Shown: piece after piece, positions 53,330 through 64,000 of the stretch
How positions within the stretch are numbered: position 1 is the first letter of the stretch
How the letters are laid out: each line of letters opens with the position of its first letter
Assembly (NCBI RefSeq): GCF_006345805.1
Contig: NC_042997.1
Location: 104,904,001 to 104,968,000 of the forward strand
From: Octopus sinensis
Lineage: Eukaryota
Length of the DNA: 64,000 bases
Direction: 5' to 3'
The notes under the pieces: model-generated
What the model saw: only the letters and a program-made list of their open reading frames with translations
Told to the model about the DNA's origin: nothing
The model's database searches: none
Position numbers and translations under genes: made by a program

Positions 53330-55294
53330 GTATGTATGTAAAGTAATATGTATATGCATATGTCTATATATGTATATATATGTACGTGGATATGCGTATA
53401 CGTCAATGTGAGCGTAAATGTGATGTGCGGGCATATGCGCTTTTTTGGGGTTTGTATGTATGCGCGCATTTTTGGGTTTCTATGTATAAGTTTAATGATC
53501 TTCAAAAGGATATATATGCATTACTGATAAAAAAATTTAGGTTAATTTTGCTGAAATTTCTAAGTACATGTGTTTGGTCGTTAAATTTCCCATTCGAAAT
53601 GCAAGAATTGCTTAAAAGGAGTTCTTTGTACAGACACAAATTATGGAATAATATTGATAAATTCATTACAATATTTCATTTTCTCATTTTTTTCAATCAC
53701 TTTTAATTAATTCCAGCTAAATTACGAAGAGAAATTGGTTTATTTGCATAAACATCAAATCAATAATGGTCGTCTGATGTATGTGTGCATGTATGTAAGT
53801 ATGTATGTACGTAAGTATGTATGTATGTGTGTATGTATGTATGTGTATGTCTGTGTATACATAAACATATATGAAAATGTACATTTACATGTGCATATTT
53901 ATACACAAACATATGTGTATATAAGCATATACGTGTTTATATATATGCAAATATATATATATATATATAAGTATACCTGCGTAAATGTATGTATATGTGT
54001 GTAAATATGCATGTAAATGATATGTAAATATATGTGTGCATTTCTTGACATAGATATCTATATATACATATTTACCTTTATATGTTTTTGTGTGTGTGTT
54101 AGTTTTTGCGTGCATGTATGTATAAGCATAATACTCCTGAAGTTACAGTGTTAGCATTTCTAGTTAACATTGCCACAGAAAAGTGAGATATTTATAATAT
54201 TCTAAAAAATGAAAATAATTAAATAAAATAAAATAATATTAGTCATCGACTAATAATTTATTTTTCTTCTTAATTTTGTGAGTTAACTTGTAAATATTTC
54301 TAACATTAAATATAGTAATACTACCGTAAATATATTCGTATAATTATGGCTTATTAAGGATGCATATTTCATAAGAGAAACTCTACTGTCTGGAGTATGT
54401 TGTTTCGAATAAAGTTGCAATAATAATCTATAAACAGAATCACGGAACATGTAAAAAGTTAATATTCAGAAAACCAAAAAGAAGTTGGAAGATGAAGCAA
54501 ACTCGAAGAAGCCATACAAATGGGATCATAAAATCGCTAAATTTGTGACCTACTAGTGAGGTCTGTCGGTTTCTTATCACAGGAGAGATTGTAACTATAA
54601 TGGCCAATCGCTTTCGCACTCGTTGTCTTGCGTATCTCAATGACCCTGAGATGAATACCAACAAATTCAAGTCTCCCATGCTGGACATGTCAAAGTATAA
54701 ATGCCAGACTAATATGGGCCGCGTCTTACCACAGGTAAAAATGTTTCCGTAGGACCAACGCCCCTACGCAGAAAAGATGCAAAGTTACTGAAGCATCGAT
54801 GACAAATCAAAATCAACATGTCCTAGGCGAGGACCTAGAGACAAGATCAACAGAAAAGTCGTCGATGGCCTATGATCCATAGAGAGTGAAGTCTTAAGTT
54901 GTGAGGAAATACTATCAAATGAATAAGGGCATTTCTCTTGGTTTTGACGGAAACAATTTTCCTGTCCACACAACTAAGCTAGCTGCTCGTTGAATTAATC
55001 ACTTTGTAAATCACAGAGCATTTCACAGTCACGTGTATTCTTATTTTAATTATCAATCGTTCTGTGAAATGCTTTGTGTAACAAAGTATAATTTGAGCTA
55101 TAGGTGCAATACATCAATAGCATGATAACTTTTTTGTTGCCCAGTGTAATATATAGCCCTATAATGGCTACATTTCTGAAGAATAGATTGCGGACATTTT
55201 TTTTTTTCAGTTAATATTCAGCATGCTCAAGCTTTGTTAGAATATCTGTAATTTCTTTTATATATCAAAATATTCAAAAAAAACCTTCCTGAGG

Positions 55295-55520
55295 CGAAGG
55301 CTCAATAAACCGATTTCCAGGAATTTGTGGCGTACATATTCTCCTCTCCTCAACCTGCACGGGACGCTGATCCGTTACAGGATTACTCATATTTTTGCCA
55401 GCTGAGCGGACTGAGTCAACGTAAAATGAAGTGTTTTGCTTAAGAACACAACGCATCACCCTGTCCAGGAATCGAAACTACTATCATACGATCATGAGTT
55501 CAAAACTTCCTATCCGTTAA
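55295..55520 (-). mobile_element. Diverged SINE: D-like head with the body type seen at 39950
   Basis: TTTTTGCCAGCTGAGCGGACTG...TGCTTAAGAACACAACGC (D head, reverse complement) and GGGACGCTGATCCGTTACAGG. Confidence 0.55.
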
Positions 55521-55651
55521 GCCTTACGATCCACTTCGTTTTGCACACACATACACACACACACACACATACACACACACACATACACACATACCCCCCC
55601 ACACACACACACATACACACACACACATTAATAATGCCGGGTACTAGAGAT

Positions 55652-56201
55652 AGCGACAACATGATAGAATAGCAGTCAGAAACACGATTTAAGACCACAA
55701 ATTTTCACTAAAACACAATGTTGAAATCGGGAGAATGGGCAAAAATAACCTCAAGACCCCATAGAAATTATTACAAAACTCGTAAATTGAAAAGCCAGAC
55801 ATACCCGTATTGCAGCGATTTCAAACTGTCAAAATATCACATGCTAAGCCATTGTTATTGTTGTAAACAACATCCTTATATTTTTTATAATTTTTATTCA
55901 CTTCGATATCTTATGAAAATAGATGCGGCATTAAAAACGGTCATCGCACACATTGGTTGAGATAGGCAAGCTTTATGACCCTAGGTCAGTAGAGACTCGC
56001 TCAGATTGACTAAGTGATATTTTCACAAAGTTTGAAATGACTGCGATACAGGTGTGCCTGGCTTTTCAATTTACGACTTTTTTCGTCATATGTATAGGGT
56101 CTTAAGGTTATTTTTCCCATTCTCCTGATTTTATGTTTGTGTTATAGTGAAAATTTGTGCTCTTAAGTCGTTTATCTCTGCCATTTTAGCATGCTGGTGC
56201 T
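55652..56201. mobile_element. MITE with ~190-bp TIRs, Kolobok-like
   Basis: 55652-55840 is the diverged reverse complement of 56013-56201. The right end ...GCTGGTGCT|TTAA fits an AG terminus with a TTAA target; the left TSD is not preserved. Confidence 0.65.
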
Positions 56202-57002
56202 TTAAGAATTTTGTTAAGGCCATGAATGAAGACGTTGAAAGATTCGAATATCTCAGTGAAAAATCTGTTTCTAGCAAGAATGAAGTTAAGATCAAAGCTG
56301 GTGTTTTTAATGGAGCAGAAATTCGTACACTAATTTGTGATGAGCTTTTTCAAGAAGAATTAAGTTCAGTAGAGAAAACTGATTGGGAAATGTTTGTTTC
56401 TCTTGTAAAAAATGTTTTGTGAACTGCAAAATCATCTAACTACGTTCCAATTGATTATTTGAAAGCTTATAAGCAACTTGGGGCAAGAATGTCTCTAAAA
56501 ATTCATTTTCTCCACTCTCATGCGGACTTTTTTCCACCCAGTATGGGTGATGTAAGCAATGAGCATGGTGAACGATTTCATCAAGAAATCAAAGAGCCAG
56601 AAAGCCGATACAGTGGCAGACTTACAGCAAACATGCTGGTTATAAAACGAGAAACGGACATGCAACTTAAGCGTAAAAGAAGACTCCAAAGCCATTTTTG
56701 AAAAACATAAAATTAATAATATTCACTTTACACTTTGTTTTGTGTTTTGTTGGTTTTAGCGCTACTTGCCCACCTAGTTGCTATTCTTCATATACCAAAT
56801 AAGGGCAATTTACGCTTAACAAAACATTCATTTTATTTGTCATGCATTTTCACATTATTATAATTTTGATAGCAGTATAATATTGATAGTGCAAAAATGT
56901 GACGTGCTAGAGCAAAAGTGATTGCAGATTCGGAATCAGCGCTCCCTAATTACTTATGAGCATCATTTCGTCTAATAGTAGCAAAAATGTTGTTGCCTGG
57001 TG
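56202..57002 (+). mobile_element. Chapaev3-like (CMC) DNA transposon 3' half with transposase pseudogene
   Basis: KNFVKAM...KIKAGVFNGAEIR...MSLKIHFLHSHADFFP..MGDVSNEHGERFHQEIK..E.RY.G; terminus TTGTTGCCTGGTG. Confidence 0.8.
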
Positions 57003-57763
57003 TTATTTATGCATCTAAGTTTTGATATTTGCTTTGTAAAAAAAATTCATATAAAAAGTTTGAAATTGAGGGCATGCTTTACAAAATGTTCGTAATTAGA
57101 ATTGATATAATATTTCACAGTAATGCTTTATATGGTTAAGCATGTGGGAAAGGAAACTCATACACCATATCTGTTTCCTTTCTCTCTTTCCCTTTCCCTT
57201 TCCCTCTTAATCTACTAATCGCTCTCTATCAATCTAGCTATTTATCCGTGCGCATGTAATGCGATCCATTTTTTCCTACTCGTTTTAATTGATCCTCTAT
57301 TCCCGCCCATATGCAAACTATATGAACTCTTCTTATTAGGAAACAATTTTCATAGGAAATAGCCATATACGATTTCTATTGTCTTACATTGTTCATTATG
57401 CGGAATTATGAAATAAACACATGGAAACTGGCACAATTATCTTATCATTTCTAGATTTAGGACTTTAACATTTGAATGAAAAACCGCGTAGGTGTGATTC
57501 ATTACGAATGTTACTGGTAAAGCATGTTTGTGACAGGATATTTATGAAAGCCTTTTAACCGTGTAAATTAATCATTTCCTATTACTGCGGTATATAAATG
57601 AGCGCTATTCTATATACAATAATGTGAAATTACATAAAGTTTAACACATTTAGTTTATCTTTAATATTCCAATTATATTTCATCGTGCAGAAAATCTTGC
57701 TTCTCATCATTTATTAAACACTTCAAAGGTACTTAAGTTTGTGCGATAGAATTATGTCAAATA

Positions 57764-57974
57764 CTGGCAGAACGTTAGCACGCCGGGCGAAATGCTTAGC
57801 GGTATTTCGTCTGCCGTTACGTTCTGAGTTCAAATTCCGCCGAGGTCGACTTTGCCTTTCATCCTTTCGGGGTCGATAAATTAAGCACCAGTTACACACT
57901 GGGGTCGATGTAATCGATTTAATGTCCTTGTTTGTCCCCTCTATGTTTATCCCCTTGTGAGCAATAGAGAAATA
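57764..57974 (+). mobile_element. SINE family B with a perfect 15-bp TSD
   Basis: AGAATTATGTCAAAT at 57748-57762 and 57975-57989. Confidence 0.9.
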
Positions 57975-60900
57975 AGAATTATGTCAAATGCTACTGAATT
58001 CGACGCTCGCGTACAAAAGTTTAATCTGAAAAGCTTTAAAAATACGACGTCCCTATTTGGCTGCAATTTATTTAATGAAGCACAAAGTAACGTTCATCAT
58101 ATAACTATAAGGTTTTTCGTTCTGGTTTGCAAGATTCTTCATGTGAATTTTTGTGTTGAAGCAAATTATGCTGTGTCTGGGGTGAGTTATATTGTCTTAA
58201 TACCTTTATTATGTAACACATCCACCGGTTCGATTTCCACTCATTTATTATTTATGGGAATCCGTAGTAAACATCCATATACAAAGTCAACACCTATTGA
58301 CAAGGTACCCAATACCTAGGGTCTATTTCTCGTATCCAATCTCATCTACAACAAGCCGTTACAAACTCTGCATATATCTGATAATCTCTCACTACGTCCT
58401 TATCACCAATGTGCATCACTTATATCCATCTTACATACCGACATTCCACAGAGAGCGCTGGGGTGCATCATGTCAGCTATTTGATCTGATCTCCGCTAGT
58501 TGATCCATCAGAAATAGATGGCCTAAAACAATCGACTGGGAATTGTTACCGCACACTTACTAATACACAACTAAAACTCACAGCTCGAAGTTTCCCTAGT
58601 GATTAATTGCTGCATCTACAAACTATGACCACCACAATATCACCTGCAAGGCCATTATCTGAAATGAAATTGATGCCTGCGTGCATCGTACAGCTTCCCA
58701 AACCGTAGTCGATCCTTTGGATCGCTTGCCAAAATGATTTCTACTAATTTTGCGGAATCTTCCTTTGTTCTACTCGTCAAACATGATTGTTTGTTTAGAA
58801 GTCACCTCTTAGAAGCCCAAAGTTTCATTACTCGCTATGCGCTCTTCTCTACACACATTAGATAAACCTCTTCCAAACCTACCCACTTCGTCCCTACCGA
58901 CTTCATTATCACACACGCATAGATACTATGTGCGAAAGTGCTCTCGGTCGCTTCATTTCAAAAACTTCACCAGCTTTCACAATGTCTTTTTAATAATCCT
59001 TAAACAAAGCATCCAGAAATAGTACATATTGCCACCAAACAACTAAATTTCTCTTTCCTTTCTCTCTCTCTCTCCCTCGCTCATTCTCTTTCTCTCTCGT
59101 TCTCTCAAGCTCTCTCGCTCTCTCTCGCTTTCTCTCTGTCTGTTTTTCTATTTGTCTCTCTCTCCCTCTCTCTAAACATAAATGTTTCTCATTCTTTGGA
59201 AATAGTCTACAATATGTTCCCATTCCTAGAAGAGCAACGATTCTTACAGTGGTAACTATTGTCCTATCATGTTCATTTATTTTCATTTCGAATGTGTTTG
59301 AGGCAGCTTTTAAAGATAACCTTCTCTCTCCTTCTCTCTCACAACCTGATAATCGCTAGTACGGTTTCGGAAATCCAGATTTATAGGAGTCCTACTTTTC
59401 TATGTCACTCACCACTGACGTTACCATTGACATCAACAGAATGTGTCTGGAATGATAATTTTCTGGCAAAAGCCCACACCCTTGAGACCCTACAAACCCC
59501 TGTCTCTTGGAAAGTTGACTTTATCACAATCCATAATGTATAAAATCTGGTTTGTCCAACAGTTTGGTTTAACATTTTTATCATATATTCAAGTATTTAT
59601 GATTTAAAAATACCTCTATAACATTAATCATACCTTGAGCTAGCACTATTTTATACAGATTAAAATGTTAATTTCCTAATGCTAATATTACAGTGAGAGG
59701 GCAGTGGTATATGCAAACTGGATAGTTAATTAGTATTACACATTTTGTTTACTGAAGAGGAAGAAAATTAGTTTATAAATAAGGATAACATACTAATATT
59801 CGTATTTCTAATATTCTTTTCTATGGCTTTGGTAGTAACCGTAATATCCTGACTGTAATAGCTCTCCAGATGTTCTCTTTTCTTAAGCGAGGAAGCATGT
59901 GTATGAACGTGTTCTTCAAGTCAGATATGCAGCTTATGAATGTTGCCACCGGTGTAAGACTCGCCAACTTCTTTCAAAGCCATGTTGTACATCACGTAGA
60001 CCTGTAAATGTTAGCTCACATTGTTAATGAGGCCATTGCCTAATACACATGTATTTTTGCCGTGCGTGGGCCCACTCCGACATAAACATTTTTTTTGGAA
60101 GGTTTACAGTGTGTCAGCTGTATACTCAATCAGCACTCTACGACTAACCTGACTAATTATAGTAATTGTTCTCTCATTAGAGTGCAGCAGTTTTAGAAGA
60201 CAAAGATTGTTGTTGAAGGTGTGAAGTTTCAACGTTTTAATTATTTCAAACTAGGTTAGTTATTCATTTTTCTGACCGTAGTGAGACTAAGTAGCATTAG
60301 ACTATAGCTATTAATAGTGCACATAAACTCAGACAGAATTGAATTGTTTAGACCTAATTTGCATAACATTGTAATTATGGAAAATGGGTATAAATAATTA
60401 CGAGAAACACAACACAAAGTTTTTACACAGATCTAAGGTTGACTTACAAGTGTACATTTTTCATAAAATCAAGTATTTAGCGTTTCTGTAAAAGTACATA
60501 TTGCTGTAAAATGATATATGTGACAGAGATTTGCCTGATTGGGCGAAGGAGATCAGTCTGAAGATATTCAAAGATTTAGTGCCATTTCCTCAAATCTTCT
60601 TGGCTTACTTTTCCTGACTGCACAGAAAACAATAGCTTATAGATATCTATGCCAGACACAATTTGGTACAGAAACACACTGACTTAATGAAGCGCCGAAA
60701 CTATTCAGGACAATATATTTTTCTAGTCACAGGAAGTAAAATAAGAGTATTTTCTTTTCACAGCAATACTGAAATAGTTTATAAGAAAACTTACATCAGT
60801 AAACCTGCTTAACATCTCTCTCTTACACTCTCTCTCTCACCCTCTTTTCCTCACTATCTCTCTCTCCCTCTGTCTTTCTCTCTCTCTTCTGCTTCTGTCT

Positions 60901-61259
60901 CTACCTCTCTCTTCCGCTCTCATCTTCTCTCCCAGTCTCTCTCTCTCTCTCTCAGTCTATGCCCGTCAATAACTTTTTCAGTATCTTTTTGAATAGATAT
61001 ACTTATATATGCATGCATGTAAATATATATATACATATATATATATGTGTGTGTGTGTGTATGTGTGTGTGTATGTGTGTGTATGTGTGTGTGTGTGTGT
61101 TTATGTATGTATATATTCAGATGGAGAGCAAGAGAGAAAAAAAGAGATGCAGACAGACTAATGTAGAGAATGAATGCATCTATATAAAGAAAAAAACACA
61201 AGCACACACACACAAACACACACACACGCACACACACACACACACTCAAGACCAAATAA

Positions 61260-61384
61260 CAGGGGCGTTGAAAGTCCAACAGGAAATTACTTAACCTTAG
61301 AACCGTCCCTAAAACATGTAGCTGGGGGACGAATCAAAAGTGATATATCAACCTACTACATCATACACTTTTCACCGCCTCTTG
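61260..61384. mobile_element. Tiny mariner-derived MITE relic
   Basis: CAGGGGCGTTGAAAGT ... ACTTTTCACCGCCTCTTG form imperfect TIRs of the same type as the 5725 terminus. Confidence 0.45.
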
Positions 61385-61603
61385 GAGTCGGGGTCCGGTA
61401 TCTGGGATTTAATATGAAACAGATGATGATTGTAGAAACTAAGTTAACGCTGCTTGGCAAAAGCTAAACACGAATTGCTTGAGTGGGTAACACAAAAACG
61501 GAAGAGAGTAAAATATTTCTAAAGGTGGGCAGGAAGGTAGGTAGTAGGCATGTAGATATACAGATGAATACGATAGACACATCAGTAAATAAATATACAA
61601 TAG

Positions 61604-61604
<1 letters not shown>

Positions 61605-61690
<86 letters not shown>

Positions 61691-61768
61691 CATACATATA
61701 TATATATATATGTGTGTGTGTGTGTATGTACATATATATATATATAAATATATATATATATTTATATT

Positions 61769-61803
<35 letters not shown>

Positions 61804-61815
61804 GTGCGTGTATGC

Positions 61816-61859
<44 letters not shown>

Positions 61860-61881
61860 ATATATGTATATATATATATGT

Positions 61882-61980
<99 letters not shown>

Positions 61981-61984
61981 CATT

Positions 61985-62054
<70 letters not shown>

Positions 62055-62080
62055 CACACATATATACATATACATATATA
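61605..62080. repeat. Very long interrupted (AT)n tract
   Basis: Direct reading; it is the source of the 200-aa YI-repeat ORFs. Confidence 0.9.
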
Positions 62081-62241
62081 ATATGAGTGGCTATGTGCAT
62101 TTACTTACAAATATACTAAGAGGGAAAGGCTGATATATATAGAAAAAGAGATGAATAGCCGAATAGATATATTGGCAATTTCAGGGAGTAAATAATCTTC
62201 AGAAATTACCGGAAATGTCACCACTGTACATATACGGTACT

Positions 62242-62563
62242 GTGAAGGCACATGGAATTGTGGTTAGGGTATTCGTCTAACGATCGTAAAGTCGTGAGTT
62301 CAATTCTCGGCGACGCGCTGTATCCTTGAGCAAGACACGTTATTTCACATTGCTCCAGTCCACTCAGATGGCAAAAATAAGCAGTACCTGTATTTCAAAG
62401 GCCCGTTTTGTCACACACTGTGTTACGCTGAATCTTCCTGAGAACTATGTTAAGGGTACACGTGTCTGTGAAGCGCTCAGCCACTTGCACGTTAATTTCA
62501 CGAGCAGGCTCTTCCGTTGATCGGATTAACTGGAGCCATTGTCGTCTTAAGCGACGGAGTGCA
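62242..62563 (+). mobile_element. SINE family D, full length
   Basis: Matches 12832-13160 throughout. Confidence 0.85.
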
Positions 62564-63702
62564 ATTATTAAACCTATTCGGTATAAGAATTTTTTGAAAG
62601 CGTTAGAAGTGAAATATGTAATTATGTAACGAAAGATTTCGGTGTCATGAATTTTTTAATTGAATAAAAGTAATAGAATTGAGTTTTCGCTTCTGTTTTG
62701 GCGGGGGTGGGGAGAACCAAATGAATATATATAATATAAAGTAATTTAGTGGTTTCCAAGTTTATTTGTTGAAACCAAGTGCAGGAATTCCGTTGATTTT
62801 ATTGTTCAAAACATTTTGTTCTATTAGCACAAGTTAAATTTTTGGAAACATCTACGAGGACACGTGTGCATTATGTTAGTTTTACTTATAGGCGATGTTA
62901 GGCTATAGTGGTGATAATGAGAGGGCGGACAAATTGCTATGATTAATAAACTTACATTAGTTTTAAGCTTTTTCTTCTAAGCTAGTACCATGGCAAAGAA
63001 AGAAGAATTATACGACTGCAAAATCTATTAATAAAACAAGAGGAAGTGAAGAAATTATGTTAATATCTGGGATTGGGTGCCTAGGGTTTGCCTCAGCAAG
63101 TCTGTGCTTATATTCAACTGAACAGAAATTAGAAATAATTAATGAATTTGGAAATGTAAGATATCTTTTACATATGTACCTAGTCTTATTCCTCTCTTAA
63201 TAAGTATAAAGACACACTTTGACTTAATGCTTATATAAACAAAGTAGTTGGCTATCTGGCAGAAAGAATTGTTAGAGCCTCCCAAAAAATACCTTATGGC
63301 ACTTGTTCCGGCTTCTTGTATTCGAATGCTACCAAGAGTTCGAGTCCCACCAAGGTCAGCCTTACCCTTCACCATACGAGTGTAGTGTGAGATCGATGGT
63401 GTCGACTAAATCAGGCCTTTGGCAAACTTCTGACAATGGAGTGCCAAAAACATTGCACGTTCCAACCTCATATAACTACTTTTAGTAATAGAGTTTATGC
63501 TTTTGAAACTTGTTATATCAGAAATCTATTTTATTAATCCTTTAATAGTTTAATGGTAACAAATAAAATTTTGTTTAAAAAAATTAATTTTAAAAAAATG
63601 TTAAAATCATAAACAACAGCAGAAAATTATAAACAAATTATAAACAACAGTTACATTAAATTTCTATAAATTAACAAGAACCTTGTCCCTGTAGATTTTT
63701 GG

Positions 63703-64000
63703 TTAATTTCTCAATATCAGGTGCATAATTTGTGACTTAGTTTTAAGCAAGCTTCCGAATGTTGAACTGTCAGACAACTTCTTTGTGGACTCAGATTTCA
63801 TATAGGAAAAAATTTGGTCGCGTGTATATGTTGAGCCAAAGGCTGAAAGCTGAGCATATGAGATTTTCTTCGAAAAATTGAATCTTTCAGGCCACGACAT
63901 CCAGCAATTAATGTTGGCAACGGACTTCTCCAAACAGCTTCTTTCAAGAGTTTTTCGTAATTCCACAAATTTTGTTTTCCACAATTCTGAAGTTATTAAT
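63703..64000 (-). pseudogene. hAT (Charlie/Buster-type) transposase C-terminal dimerisation domain remnant
   Basis: LSAFGSTYTRDQIFSYMK resembles the FGSTYxCEQxFSxMK motif; it runs off the window edge. Confidence 0.7.

Noticed and set aside
58200-58850. Possible ancient RTE-type LINE on the minus strand (GKLYDA-like peptide)
   Set aside because: It is too degenerate to support by eye and needs an HMM search.
59860-60010. Minus-strand exon candidate after CATTTACAG
   Set aside because: All frames close quickly, the polypyrimidine tract is weak and no protein is recognisable.

Overview
AT-rich, repeat-dense eukaryotic non-coding DNA with no recognisable intact host protein-coding gene. The (AT)n/(AC)n/(ATAG)n/(ATAC)n microsatellite load and the tRNA-headed SINE families resemble octopus (coleoid cephalopod) genomes; this is inferred from recalled repeat consensus sequences, not from a search. 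Almost all listed ORFs are microsatellite artefacts. The real coding remnants are dead transposons: two Penelope-like (PLE) RT fragments, a full-length decayed IR/DR-type Tc1 with TA TSD, several mariner and maT-like relics, a Chapaev3-like transposase and a hAT C-terminus. There is also a non-autonomous Helitron, a Kolobok-like MITE and four recurrent SINE families (my labels A-D). The most unusual signal is a dispersed set of short foldback elements, several carrying intact-looking or decayed minimal type-I hammerhead ribozyme motifs. One such family is fused directly to a Penelope ORF, suggesting ribozyme-bearing pLTR-derived mini-retroelements. Nested insertions, SINE concatemers with a recurrent junction, modular SINE chimeras and a templated-insertion scar are also visible. 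Coordinates were read by eye and may be off by a few bases.
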